Shown: positions 37,106-46,647 of the stretch, in pieces
Layout: the number at the start of each line of letters is the position of its first letter
How positions within the stretch are numbered: position 1 is the first letter of the stretch
From: an uncultured Candidatus Poseidoniales archaeon
GTDB taxonomy: Archaea; Thermoplasmatota; Poseidoniia; Poseidoniales; Thalassarchaeaceae
Length of the DNA stretch: 64,000 nucleotides
NCBI GenBank assembly: GCA_902601345.1
Contig: CACKMK010000002.1
Location: forward strand, 43,571-107,570
Direction: 5' to 3'
Notes under the pieces: model-generated
The model's input: the letters and a program-made list of their open reading frames with translations, nothing else
Databases searched by the model: none
What the model was told of the DNA's origin: nothing
Program-made: the position numbers and the translations under genes

Positions 37106-37248
37106 AGGGATAACGGGCGTAGGATAATTTGCAGATTTCGGATTTTGGTTTCCTAGTTCCGGAAAACCACCCATATCGAGAATGGATTAATATCCATGGT
37201 TTGCGTACGCGGGACGTTCCGAACTTGGAATGCATTTAGGAGAGCAGC

Positions 37249-37827
37249 ATGGGAATCAATCCAAAGATCGGAATTACTGGTCTCCCACGCTCGGGAAAGT
37301 CAGCTGTACTTCAGAAAGTTGTAGACATGATCTCCCAAGAGGGTAGTGGCTTCAGGAGGACCAAGGGTCCTAGTCCCCCTGAGCACATCATTGGGGGCAT
37401 GAGGTGCGAGCCAGTAATTGAGAACGGAGAGAGGGTTGGATATGCTTGCGTAAACATTCTTACCGGTGAGAAAGGGGTAATGGCCCATAGAGAAATAGAC
37501 TCTAGGAATCGCATACTTGGTTTCGGCATAGACCCAAGTGAGATTGATAGGGTTGGGGTTCCCGCGATAATTGACAGTATAGGAAACTGCGAGATCTTAG
37601 TGATTGACGAGGTCGGGAAGTTCACTGTTGAAAGCGAGGGGTTCGTCAATTCGGTTAGGTTGGCACTACAGCATGACCTACCTACTCTGCTGACTCTTCA
37701 CAAGAAAAGTCGTCACCCTCTATTGCAGGATATCCGGAGGAGGGATGACGCTCGTATACTGGAGGTGACTCCAGTGAACAGGTCGCTGCTTCCATACAAG
37801 ATTCACAAGTTAATCCAAGAGTTGTGA
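37249..37827 (+). CDS. THEP1-like nucleoside-triphosphatase (COG1618)
   Basis: Walker A GLPRSGKS, then GGMRCEPVIENGERVGY and Walker B VIDEVGKF, in a 192-aa protein as in archaeal THEP1/MJ1559. Confidence 0.7.
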   Translation: MGINPKIGITGLPRSGKSAVLQKVVDMISQEGSGFRRTKGPSPPEHIIGGMRCEPVIENGERVGYACVNILTGEKGVMAHREIDSRNRILGFGIDPSEIDRVGVPAIIDSIGNCEILVIDEVGKFTVESEGFVNSVRLALQHDLPTLLTLHKKSRHPLLQDIRRRDDARILEVTPVNRSLLPYKIHKLIQEL

Positions 37828-37873
37828 TGCTAACTTAGGTCAAGTTGATTGGAAGTGTCGAATTCGTGAAGCC

Positions 37874-38230
37874 ATGGATTCTCCGGCTTCGAGGATGAGC
37901 AGGCTCCTGTCGGGATTCATTCTCTGTCTACTGGCGGTGACATCCATTGCAGTCGTAGATGGCAGATTCACTGATTTTTCAGAGTTCGGAGTCTTCTCGG
38001 TAGTCTGTGCAATCTCGGTCTTAGCATCGGTTCTTCTTGTCTCATTAGCAGCGGGCAGGGGGAAGGAACACGGGAGATGGCCTACAGACTCAATGATCAG
38101 TAGAGAAGCCGAAGAGGCTATGATATCTAGGTTGGAGAAAGAGAGGGAGGAGGCCAGCATGCAGGGTCTTAGTTCCAAATGGGCAAGGATGGAGATGGAG
38201 CACCTGGAGTCAAAACACAGTGAGGAGTAG
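37874..38230 (+). CDS. hypothetical small membrane protein (2 TM plus charged C-terminal tail)
   Basis: Two hydrophobic helices and an E/R/K-rich tail. I prefer it to the antisense 195-aa Ser-rich ORF, which also overlaps gcvH. Confidence 0.4.
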   Translation: MDSPASRMSRLLSGFILCLLAVTSIAVVDGRFTDFSEFGVFSVVCAISVLASVLLVSLAAGRGKEHGRWPTDSMISREAEEAMISRLEKEREEASMQGLSSKWARMEMEHLESKHSEE

Positions 38231-38281
38231 GGAGCGAAAACTTGACCCCATGTCCACTGCACGCGCTGTTTGGTAGTTGGT

Positions 38282-38665
38282 ATGGGAGACGTTCCTGAAG
38301 AGCTGAAATACACCGAGGAGCATGAGTGGGTTAGAGTTGAAGGAGACGAGGTGAGTATAGGAATAACTGACTTTGCCCAGAATGCCCTGACTGAGGTGGT
38401 CTGGGTAGAGCTTCCCGAGACCGACATCGAGGTGAGCGCGATGGAGTCTTTTGCGAGTGTCGAATCTGTGAAGTCGGTTAGCGAGATTTATGCCCCTGTC
38501 GCCGGTACCGTAACTGAAGTCAACCATTCTCTGGAGGATTCTCCAGAGCAGATAAACGAGGACCCATATGGCTCGGGGTGGATATGCAAAATCAATGTAG
38601 GTCCTGATTTGGATCTGAGTGGGCTTCTGGATGCAGGCAGTTACTCCAAACTTATCGGAGAATGA
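38282..38665 (+). CDS. gcvH: glycine cleavage system H protein
   Basis: YTEEHEWVRVEGD, the lipoyl-lysine block VESVKSVSEIYAPVAG and EDPYGSGW. The start is placed at ATG 38282. The track starts at 38270. Confidence 0.9.
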   Translation: MGDVPEELKYTEEHEWVRVEGDEVSIGITDFAQNALTEVVWVELPETDIEVSAMESFASVESVKSVSEIYAPVAGTVTEVNHSLEDSPEQINEDPYGSGWICKINVGPDLDLSGLLDAGSYSKLIGE

Positions 38666-39207
38666 CCATGGGGTCTACTCGGCCTGTACACATCTACGTT
38701 GACGGTTCATGTGGAGAGAATCGTAATGTTACATCAGATACCAAGGCTGGATGGGGGTTCTGTGTAATCTCAGAGGACACCGGGTCTGGAAATGGTAAGG
38801 GGAGTCTCTTGATGGAATCATTTGGACATGTCGTCACAAATCCAGAGGATGATGGGTTTTTGGGTGCCGAAGTGGGTTCTAACAACACCGCCGAGCTATC
38901 GGCCATCGCCCATGCTCTGAGGTGGGTTATTCTGGAGAAGGGAGTAGGGGCAGCAATAGTGAGGAGTGACTCGACTTATGCGTTGAATATAGCCTCGGGG
39001 ACTTGGGAGGCGAAGGCAAATCAAGAATTAGCAAGGAGAGTGAGTTCTTTGTGGAAGGAAGTGTCTGGCCTTATGATGCTGAGTGGTGAGCATGTGCCTG
39101 CTCACACCGGTCATAGGTGGAATGAGCGAGCTGATCACCTAGCGTTCAGGGCTATGAAAGGAGAACCCCCGCTACCTCTGCAGTTCTGGAAACCCGGGAA
39201 GAGGTAG
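38662..39207 (+). CDS. rnhA: ribonuclease HI (type 1 RNase H)
   Basis: IYVDGSC, TNNTAELSAIAHAL and HVPAHTGHRWNERADHLA contain the DEDD catalytic residues. The start overlaps the gcvH stop (ATGA). Confidence 0.85.
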   Translation: MTMGSTRPVHIYVDGSCGENRNVTSDTKAGWGFCVISEDTGSGNGKGSLLMESFGHVVTNPEDDGFLGAEVGSNNTAELSAIAHALRWVILEKGVGAAIVRSDSTYALNIASGTWEAKANQELARRVSSLWKEVSGLMMLSGEHVPAHTGHRWNERADHLAFRAMKGEPPLPLQFWKPGKR

Positions 39208-39208
39208 T

Positions 39209-39622
39209 TCACTCCTCTTTTAGAGGGCCTATGACGAGGTATACGTATACGGCCTGGAGACCCAGAAGGAGTCCAACTAGAACCAAGATGAGCCCGGTTG
39301 GATCAGGAAGGTGAGGTTGCATAGGATTCCCAGCTACCCAGGAAATTGCTAGAAATCCTATGGAGGCATATAGAACTAGTCTGGCGGACTCCTCTGGTTT
39401 CTCCCAAAGGTCAATCCAAGGGACTAGTCCCTTTCTCTTGAATGTTCGACGATACCAAGCCACATAGGCTAAGGATGCCCCTACAAGACCGATTACTCCT
39501 CTGGAAAAACTGGAGTCTTCCCAAGGTCCGCTCGGTGCGACGCCGAACACTAGGGCATCGAGAATCAACAGCACGGCTGCGACTGCATGCGGCTTCCACT
39601 GCGGCTCGCTTTGGCTTACCAT
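39209..39622 (-). CDS. hypothetical membrane protein (about 4 TM)
   Basis: 137-aa ORF with four hydrophobic segments and no recognisable motif. Confidence 0.5.
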   Translation of the reverse strand: MVSQSEPQWKPHAVAAVLLILDALVFGVAPSGPWEDSSFSRGVIGLVGASLAYVAWYRRTFKRKGLVPWIDLWEKPEESARLVLYASIGFLAISWVAGNPMQPHLPDPTGLILVLVGLLLGLQAVYVYLVIGPLKEE

Positions 39623-39684
39623 GGAATGACCAGGTCGAGCCGCAGTAATGATGTATTGCTCTCATCTGCGAAGCCTGAGAAGAC

Positions 39685-40638
39685 ATGGAAGAAGTTGCGT
39701 TCTCCGATATCGTCGAGGCTGCTAAAGCGCTCGAAGGAGTAATCGTAAGGACTCCAGTTGTAAATTCCGCGAAAATTGACGAAATCGCTGGAAGGAAGGT
39801 TTTCATGAAGTGTGAGAATGCCCAACACGTCAAGGCGTTCAAATTCCGAGGGGCTTCTAATGCGGTAAGAGTCCTCGGGGACGACGCAGAGGATGGTCTT
39901 TGCACTCACAGCAGCGGGAACCATGGACAGGCAGTCGCTTTGGCTGCAAAGCACAGGGGAGTCCCTGCCTACATCGTGATGCCTAACAACGCTCCCAAGG
40001 TTAAGATCAACGGCGTCATTAGCCATGGTGCAGAGGTGATCCTCTGCGAGCCTAACCTAGATGCGAGGATTTCTACTGCAAATTCGGTGCTTGAAAGGAC
40101 CGGGGCGACCTTCATCCATCCTTTTGACAACCTCAGCGTCATAGCCGGACAGGGAACTGCAGCGAAAGAGATGATAGAGGATTGTGAGGGACTAGATGCC
40201 GTCTTGTCCCCCATTGGCGGAGGTGGCCTGATGTCTGGGACATGCATTTCCACCCGGGCTCTACTTCCGGAAGCTCGAATTTTCGGAGCAGAGCCAGAAG
40301 GGGCTGATGATGCTGCTAGATCTCTGGAGACCGGGGAGTATGTGTCCCAGACAGATCCCGATACTATCTGTGATGGCCTTTTGACCAGCATGGGCCAGAA
40401 GACATGGCCAATCATCAAGAGGCACGTAGAAGAAATTGTCACCGTTAATGACGATGCTGTGCTGGGGGCAATGTCGCTGATTCACGAAGAGTTCGGGATG
40501 GTCGTGGAACCCAGTGGAGCCATATCCCTGGCAGCAGTGCTCAAGGATGAGTTCAGAGAAAAGAAAGGAATCGGATCTATTGGAATTATTCTGTGTGGTG
40601 GAAACGTAGACCCTGAGAATCTCCCCTTCACCCTTTGA
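39685..40638 (+). CDS. PLP-dependent threonine/serine dehydratase (serine racemase-like, fold type II)
   Basis: KCENAQHVKAFKFRGA (PLP lysine), SSGNHGQA and GGGGLMSG are family motifs. Confidence 0.85.
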   Translation: MEEVAFSDIVEAAKALEGVIVRTPVVNSAKIDEIAGRKVFMKCENAQHVKAFKFRGASNAVRVLGDDAEDGLCTHSSGNHGQAVALAAKHRGVPAYIVMPNNAPKVKINGVISHGAEVILCEPNLDARISTANSVLERTGATFIHPFDNLSVIAGQGTAAKEMIEDCEGLDAVLSPIGGGGLMSGTCISTRALLPEARIFGAEPEGADDAARSLETGEYVSQTDPDTICDGLLTSMGQKTWPIIKRHVEEIVTVNDDAVLGAMSLIHEEFGMVVEPSGAISLAAVLKDEFREKKGIGSIGIILCGGNVDPENLPFTL

Positions 40639-40682
40639 ATCTATGCTAACAGATTATATCCTTATGGTGAGCCTAGTACCCA

Positions 40683-41693
40683 ATGGCCCTAGTATTTGAT
40701 AGGATTAAATCGACGCCCGGCGAAGCACTGCTTCTTCTGACTGCCTTGGTAACCCTGGTTTACTCGTTGAACTTCATGTTCTTCTCGGTGTGTTACACTA
40801 CTGCAGGAGAAGATTGCTTCACCTTACTAAATAATGGTGCGCCCATTGGTGATCCAGCATACGGTGCTGGCGCACCAGAGTTCGCATTCAACGGCATCCT
40901 GATGTTCGGGCTTTTCATATCGACCATGCTGATTCTCAATGAGGGCGCGCGTGGCATGTGGAAGGTGATGCTCCCCGTTCTCGCTGGACTAGTCGTAGCT
41001 AGCGCGGTAATCTGGATATTCTGGAACGATGCTAGCGAGTCTAGCGAGGCCCCCAAGTTCCTCACTCCCATCGTGACCTTGGCTTATGCCGGAGCGTACA
41101 TGATGCTCCGTTCGGAGGATCAGGTTCACGAGGGTTTGGATTCGCTCTCGTTCGGTATCGGTATCAAGGACCCAGTGGCTATGATGGGCCTGATCTTGGT
41201 CATCGCAACGGGGATATTCTACGTGTTCAGGCAGATAGCTGACCCACAATCCGTGATTGACGCGGTCACTCCGGGGAATGCCACAGATGGCCTCCTAGCT
41301 CCGTCTGAAGTTACTGTGGCCTTCACAGGGGCTCTTCTACTAACTTACGTACTTTGGGCAGTCGTTATCCTGACCCAAGGGGCCAAGGGGATGTGGGCAG
41401 TAGCTCACCCTGCACTCTTCGCTTTCCTTACCGTGACGATAGCCAACTACTTCGGATTCGTCTTTGGTCCGATTAGAGAGTTCTCAGAGCAGAATGAGAT
41501 GGATGCGATTTCGGGACCGGCGACCATGCTCGTATTCCTCTTGGTCTACCTCAGGCTAAGGGACGAGGGCATCGAGGATGGCATGACCATCCAAGGTGAG
41601 TCGCAGGATTCTGCAGGATTCGATCGTTTCTTCGTGGTGGGTGCAATCATGATATCAGCAGCATTTATGATCGTACAGATATCTGGTCTGTGA
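40683..41693 (+). CDS. hypothetical polytopic membrane protein
   Basis: 336-aa ORF with about 9 hydrophobic segments and no recognisable motif. Confidence 0.55.
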   Translation: MALVFDRIKSTPGEALLLLTALVTLVYSLNFMFFSVCYTTAGEDCFTLLNNGAPIGDPAYGAGAPEFAFNGILMFGLFISTMLILNEGARGMWKVMLPVLAGLVVASAVIWIFWNDASESSEAPKFLTPIVTLAYAGAYMMLRSEDQVHEGLDSLSFGIGIKDPVAMMGLILVIATGIFYVFRQIADPQSVIDAVTPGNATDGLLAPSEVTVAFTGALLLTYVLWAVVILTQGAKGMWAVAHPALFAFLTVTIANYFGFVFGPIREFSEQNEMDAISGPATMLVFLLVYLRLRDEGIEDGMTIQGESQDSAGFDRFFVVGAIMISAAFMIVQISGL

Positions 41694-41698
41694 ATAGG

Positions 41699-41772
41699 TG
41701 GAGCACGAGCCGGGATTTGCACCCGGGTCCATGGATCTGCAGTCCATTGCATAGCTGCTCTGCCACTCGTGC
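41699..41772 (-). tRNA. tRNA-Cys (anticodon GCA), CCA encoded
   Basis: The minus strand reads GCACGAG-UG-GCAG-AGCAGCU-AUGC-A-AUGGA-CUGCAGA-UCCAU-GGAC-CCGGG-UGCAAAU-CCCGG-CUCGUGC-U-CCA. It has a perfect 7-bp acceptor, a 5-bp anticodon stem and a 5-bp T stem. Discriminator U73 is typical for Cys. The D and T loops are non-canonical. Confidence 0.8.
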
Positions 41773-41856
41773 TTCACCCCGCCGACCGTACTTTCTCTCT
41801 TGAAGGCTGTCCGCGTTTCGGCATACCTTCATTGGGTGGGTGCCGGTGTGAAAGGC

Positions 41857-42993
41857 ATGCCCCGGGTGTCTTCCCGTTTCGAGGGTCTCGGCGTCGGTTT
41901 CGCCCCTTATCTCCAGCCTCCAGGTCCCGAGGTCGTCAGATGGACCGTTGGCGAACCCGGTTTCGAAACCCCATCCCCTATCGTCGATGCTGCGATTAGG
42001 GGTCTCGAGGAAGGGAAGACGAAGTACACCAGAGGACCGGGATCAGTAGAACTATGCAATGCCGTTTCCGAATACCTCAGAACTCACCATGACATCGAGG
42101 CAAGGGCGGAAGATATCGTAGTCACTCCAGGGGCGAAGCAGGCTCTTCTATACTCATTCTTGATTACAACTATGCCGGGAGACGAAGCTATTCTCCTTTC
42201 CCCATCATGGGCATCATACGAACCCATGCTGGAATTCATCGGAGCCGTGCCCGTGAATGTAAATGTGAAGATGGACAACTTTCACCCTGATTTGGAAGCA
42301 ATTAGAGAGGCTGTAACCGAGAAGACCAAAATGATCCTCATCAATTCTCCATGCAATCCGACTGGAGCCGTATTCACTCCTGAGGAAATCAGGGGGATTG
42401 TGGATATAGCGGTTGAGAATGACTTGTGGATAGTTTCTGACGAGATTTACGGAAGAATGGTTTGGGTGGATTGGCCTCACGTTTCTCCGTCAACAATGCC
42501 CGGTGGAATGGAGAGGACCATTGTGGTCAATGGTTGGTCAAAGTCTTGGGCTATGACCGGGATGAGAGTAGGTTTTCTCACTGGTCCAAGCGAAGCGATG
42601 AGAGCAGCGGTGAAGAGCCAGGCCAACTCAGCATCCCATATCCCGACATTCATGATGGATGCAGCCAAGGTAGCGCTGGAATGCGAGGACTCGGTACAGG
42701 AGTTCAACAGTGAGTATAGGAAGAGAAGGAATCTGATGACGGAAGGGCTATCTTCCATCCCAGGAATAAGGGTCCCGGAACCAGAGGGTGCTTTCTACGT
42801 ATTCGCAGACGTAACAGGGACTGGGATGACCGATATCGAATTCGCAGATGGGGCATTAGAAGCAGGAGTGCAACTAATTCCGGCCTCTTTGATTACGGGA
42901 GGCGAGGGTTTCGTCAGGATCTCATATGCTGCTGATGAAGAGGACATTATGGAGGGTTTGAGGAGACTCAAGTCCTGGCTATTGCAAGAGTGA
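41857..42993 (+). CDS. class I/II PLP-dependent aminotransferase (aspartate aminotransferase-like)
   Basis: NSPCNPTGAV and the PLP-lysine block GWSKSWAMTGMRVGF. The start is placed at ATG 41857, because the track start at 41800 would abut the tRNA. Confidence 0.85.
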   Translation: MPRVSSRFEGLGVGFAPYLQPPGPEVVRWTVGEPGFETPSPIVDAAIRGLEEGKTKYTRGPGSVELCNAVSEYLRTHHDIEARAEDIVVTPGAKQALLYSFLITTMPGDEAILLSPSWASYEPMLEFIGAVPVNVNVKMDNFHPDLEAIREAVTEKTKMILINSPCNPTGAVFTPEEIRGIVDIAVENDLWIVSDEIYGRMVWVDWPHVSPSTMPGGMERTIVVNGWSKSWAMTGMRVGFLTGPSEAMRAAVKSQANSASHIPTFMMDAAKVALECEDSVQEFNSEYRKRRNLMTEGLSSIPGIRVPEPEGAFYVFADVTGTGMTDIEFADGALEAGVQLIPASLITGGEGFVRISYAADEEDIMEGLRRLKSWLLQE

Positions 42994-43006
42994 GTTTGAA
43001 ATCTCG

Positions 43007-43408
43007 GTGACTTGGCTCGGGACTGTGGACGATATCGAATCTGCAGGTTCCCATGTCCTTCTTGACTATGTCAACTACAGGAGGGGAGAAACTGGAGACG
43101 GAGAATGGGTACTATCGGTTCTAAGGGAGTGCGTAAGAGAGTCAGGAGTGAGGGAGGTCCATTCACACGTAGAGATATTCGATGGAGAAGATAGCCCCCC
43201 TGGTTTTGCTGCTGTAGTTCTTATCGATGAGAGCCATGTAACGGCACATTGCTACTCGGAGAGGGGAATTCTAGCCGTCGACGTCTTCACATGTGGAGAT
43301 AGCGATCCCTCTGAGGTAGCAGCCATGATCAATGACACGCTGGTATCCGAGATTCCCGGCTTGAGGAGAGTTTTCGAGAAGAGAGTCGAACGATTCAGGA
43401 GTGATTAG
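43007..43408 (+). CDS. speH: S-adenosylmethionine decarboxylase proenzyme (SpeH type)
   Basis: Self-processing/active-site block ESHVTAHCYSE and AVDVFTCGD in a 133-aa protein. GTG start. Confidence 0.8.
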   Translation: MTWLGTVDDIESAGSHVLLDYVNYRRGETGDGEWVLSVLRECVRESGVREVHSHVEIFDGEDSPPGFAAVVLIDESHVTAHCYSERGILAVDVFTCGDSDPSEVAAMINDTLVSEIPGLRRVFEKRVERFRSD

Positions 43409-44353
43409 ATGGGAATTAGGGACTTCATCGAAACCCACTATTCTCACTTCAATGCCGGTGAACTGGCGAAATGCATAGATTCCCTAAGGGAGTTCCTAGA
43501 TGGAGGAGGGAGACTGATGATCACTCTAGCAGGAGCGATGTCCACTGCAGAGGTCGGAAAGAGCCTAGCCCCTGCAATCAGGTCTCAGAAAGTGCATGCA
43601 ATTTGCTGCACCGGAGCAAATCTGGAAGAGGAGTTGTTTGGCCTCTTCTCTAGATCTGAATACGAGCATGTTCCAAACTGGAGGCATCAGAGCAAGGAAG
43701 AGGATGCTGAGCTTCACCAAAGAGGAATGAACCGTGTTACTGACGTAGCAATCCCGGAAAGTACGTTCACCAAGGTGGGGGAATCATTGATGTCACTGTG
43801 GGAGGAATCCGAGGCCGTGGGGGACAGTCGCTTCCCGCACGAATACGTATACGACCTGCTACTTCACGAAGACCTCGAGGTCTCCTCGGCACCTGAGGAT
43901 TCGTGGTTAGTAGCGGCTGCTGATGCCAATCTTCCTATTTTCACCCCTGGCTGGGAGGACTCAACACTCGGGAACCTGCTTTCTGCTAGGGTCATAGACT
44001 GCACGCTCAAGAGCAATGCGATTGTGAGAGGCGGATTAGACGCGATGCAATCTCTTGCAGATTGGTATCGAGAGGATGACTCTCCCACGGGTATGCTACA
44101 AGTTGGAGGCGGAATTTCAGGAGATTTCGCGATCTCAGTCGTACCTATGCTTAGGCAGGACGCGGGAGTGGAGGTTCCACTTTGGGCATGGTTTGCTCAA
44201 ATCTCTGAGTCCAGTCCTTCATACGGCGGCTATTCTGGAGCTCCTCCAACTGAGAAGATTAGCTGGGGCAAATTGGGAGTCGAGACTCCTCAGTTCGTAA
44301 TCGAGTCAGATGCAAGCATCGTACTTCCCCTGATCCTTTGCTCATTGGAATAG
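43409..44353 (+). CDS. dys: deoxyhypusine synthase
   Basis: ITLAGAMSTAEVG, CCTGANLEEE and the C-terminal catalytic-lysine block EKISWGK follow the DHS pattern. Confidence 0.85.
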   Translation: MGIRDFIETHYSHFNAGELAKCIDSLREFLDGGGRLMITLAGAMSTAEVGKSLAPAIRSQKVHAICCTGANLEEELFGLFSRSEYEHVPNWRHQSKEEDAELHQRGMNRVTDVAIPESTFTKVGESLMSLWEESEAVGDSRFPHEYVYDLLLHEDLEVSSAPEDSWLVAAADANLPIFTPGWEDSTLGNLLSARVIDCTLKSNAIVRGGLDAMQSLADWYREDDSPTGMLQVGGGISGDFAISVVPMLRQDAGVEVPLWAWFAQISESSPSYGGYSGAPPTEKISWGKLGVETPQFVIESDASIVLPLILCSLE

Positions 44354-45586
44354 TTGAGAGTAGTTCCCAACCTCCTCTGATATTCGAATCAGTTGGTTGT
44401 ACTTCGATGTCCTGTCTGACCTAGCCGGTGCCCCCGTCTTGATCTGCATTGAGTTTGTACCAACGGCCAAATCGGAAATTATGTCGTCAGAAGTCTCTCC
44501 TGACCTATGACTGATTATAGTCCCAAAACCAGCCTCTCTTGACTTTCGAATCACTTCCATAGTCTCAGTGAAGGTCCCAATCTGGTTCAATTTGATTAGT
44601 ATAGCATTTGAGGCATGGATAGAGATTCCTTTCTCGAGCCTCTTAGGATTAGTCACATACAGGTCATCACCGACTATCTGTACCCTGTGTCCTTCTCTGG
44701 AGGTGAATTCCTTCCAAGAGTCCCAATCGTCTTCTCCGAATGGGTCCTCGATTGACACAATTGGATACTCATCCAACCAATCAGAGTATTTTTTGCCGAG
44801 ATCTGTTCCAGATATTAGTTCTCCATCAATTAGGTAGTTTGAGCCATCGAAGAATTCCTGTGCTGCTACGTCTAAGGCTATGGAGACCTCTTTCCCTGGA
44901 GTGTATCCTGCTGCCTCTATTGCTTCTCTGACCAAACGTAGTCCCTCTTCGTTCCTAGGAAGATTCGGGGCGAAGCCACCTTCGTCCCCCACTCCGCCAA
45001 GCAGTCCCTCTTCCTTTAATTTGGTCTTGAGGGAATGGTAAATCTCGACTCCCGATCTCAGAGCCTCCGAGAAGGATTGGAAACCGTGAGGGACGACCAT
45101 AAATTCCTGCACATCGACATTCGATTCGGCGTGTGCTCCGCCGTTCAGAATATTCATCATCGGAACTGGCAGACTGATCTCGTCTCCGTGACAAATATGC
45201 TTCCAAAGTTCTCCTTCTGAAGAAGCCCTCAAGCATGCCAAGGAGGCTCCCAATATGGCGTTGGCCCCCAAGGAACCTTTGTTCTCAGAGCCATCCAATT
45301 CTATCAGTAGAGAGTCAATACTCTCCTGTTCAGAAGGATTCATTCCGATCAGTGCCTCTCTGATTGGACCGTTGACATTGTCAACCGCCTTTTGAACTCC
45401 CTTACCCATCCACTGAGTCCCGCCATCTCTCAATTCTACTGCTTCATGTGTTCCAGTGCTTGCTCCCGAAGGAACCGCTGCCCTACCCTTCAATACACCA
45501 TCGACATAGCAGTCGACTTCAATGGTTGGATTCCCTCTTGAATCGATGATAGCCCTAGCGAAGATGTCGCTGATAGCGGCACCCAT
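44342..45586 (-). CDS. eno: enolase (phosphopyruvate hydratase)
   Basis: IIDSRGNPTIEVD near the N-terminus and the SHRSGETSDDIISDLAVG signature. The start is placed at MGAAISDIFAR. The track extends to 45649. Confidence 0.95.
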   Translation of the reverse strand: MGAAISDIFARAIIDSRGNPTIEVDCYVDGVLKGRAAVPSGASTGTHEAVELRDGGTQWMGKGVQKAVDNVNGPIREALIGMNPSEQESIDSLLIELDGSENKGSLGANAILGASLACLRASSEGELWKHICHGDEISLPVPMMNILNGGAHAESNVDVQEFMVVPHGFQSFSEALRSGVEIYHSLKTKLKEEGLLGGVGDEGGFAPNLPRNEEGLRLVREAIEAAGYTPGKEVSIALDVAAQEFFDGSNYLIDGELISGTDLGKKYSDWLDEYPIVSIEDPFGEDDWDSWKEFTSREGHRVQIVGDDLYVTNPKRLEKGISIHASNAILIKLNQIGTFTETMEVIRKSREAGFGTIISHRSGETSDDIISDLAVGTNSMQIKTGAPARSDRTSKYNQLIRISEEVGNYSQLFQ

Positions 45587-45633
45587 TGATGCGCCCACGG
45601 GACCCTGACTTCTCAAGGTAGCGATTCGAATGG

Positions 45634-46068
45634 CTATCTGTTTAGCCAACTAAGCCACCGAGAGACCTTACTCTGCATCTCTGGGACTTCCAACTCTGAT
45701 CTGCATGAGCATTCCCAGCACAGTTGCTCCTCATTAGGTGAAATTGAGAATAGTTCGGCTCTAATTAGTACTCCATCTGCATCATTAGATTTGGAACGGT
45801 TATCGTCTACGAAGCAGTGCAACAAGTGCTTTGGGTAATGGTGGATTCTTCCAGACTTGGGGCAGCATAACATAGCGCTCCTAGGGAGGAAGATGAGCGA
45901 GGAGCCAGTAGCTGGGTCAAGTTCGTGTCCCTCGATCTTGGTTCCATCCAACAGGGATGCCACGTCAATATGATGCCACTGAGATTCTGAATGTGGGATA
46001 TCTAGTCCAGACACGTCATCAAGGTACTCCTGAATCCTGAGTTGGGAGGCTGCTTCCTCCTTAGTCAT
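45634..46068 (-). CDS. hypothetical Cys/His-rich protein
   Basis: The ORF has clustered Cys/His (CCPKSGRIHHYPKHLLHC and CWECSC). The start is placed at MTKEEAAS (46068), because the upstream extension runs into the AT-rich promoter region. Confidence 0.45.
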   Translation of the reverse strand: MTKEEAASQLRIQEYLDDVSGLDIPHSESQWHHIDVASLLDGTKIEGHELDPATGSSLIFLPRSAMLCCPKSGRIHHYPKHLLHCFVDDNRSKSNDADGVLIRAELFSISPNEEQLCWECSCRSELEVPEMQSKVSRWLSWLNR

Positions 46069-46210
46069 GGCTAACCAAGATGGGTCGTCCCATTTGAATA
46101 CAACCAATTTTATTGATTTAAACAATAACAAGAAAAGTGTCTTTTTATGAAGAAAAATGTTCGATAATACCAAGAAATAACCATAAGTTGCATGTTTTTC
46201 GGAGAAGAGT

Positions 46211-46633
46211 ATGAGTAATGTTGATTCACTAGACAGATCTATTCTATCCTTCCTCAGAGAGTCTGCAAGGGCCCCCTACGTAGAGATAGCCAAAGGAGTC
46301 GGAGTCACAGAAAGGACTGTTCGAACTAGAATCAAAAGGCTAGAGGATGAGGGCGTAATCAGAGGATATACGGTTAGAGAGTCCGGAATAGGGCTCACTG
46401 CGCTGATTCGTCTCAAAGTTGGTTCGGGTACCGAGATTGGTTCTCTGGCTGGTGAGTTCTCGGGATGGGCTGGCGTTGAGTGCGTATACGAAATAAGCGG
46501 CGATGCAGATTTAGTTGCGGTGGTTCACGTTGATGATACCGTGGCTCTGAGGGACATGCTGGACAGAATGTGGTTAGCAGCACCCGGAGACATCAGTTCG
46601 ACTCAGACCGAACTAGTCCTAGAACAGTACTAG
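46211..46633 (+). CDS. lrp: Lrp/AsnC family transcriptional regulator
   Basis: HTH block YVEIAKGVGVTERTVRTRIKRLEDEGVIRGYT plus a C-terminal RAM/ACT-like domain, 140 aa. Confidence 0.9.
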   Translation: MSNVDSLDRSILSFLRESARAPYVEIAKGVGVTERTVRTRIKRLEDEGVIRGYTVRESGIGLTALIRLKVGSGTEIGSLAGEFSGWAGVECVYEISGDADLVAVVHVDDTVALRDMLDRMWLAAPGDISSTQTELVLEQY

Positions 46634-46647
46634 AGTAGGAATATTGT

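Noticed and set aside
38282-38665. gcvH without adjacent gcvT/gcvP
   Set aside because: Stand-alone H-protein genes are common, and the other glycine-cleavage genes may lie elsewhere in the genome. This is not informative within the window.
41694-41860. tRNA-Cys as an integration hotspot for a mobile element
   Set aside because: There is no integrase, no direct repeat of the tRNA 3' end and no compositional break nearby. Both flanks are ordinary metabolic or membrane genes.
43007-44353. speH-dys adjacency as a novel module
   Set aside because: This is explained by established biology. AdoMet decarboxylase feeds spermidine synthesis, and spermidine is the substrate of deoxyhypusine synthase for aIF5A modification.
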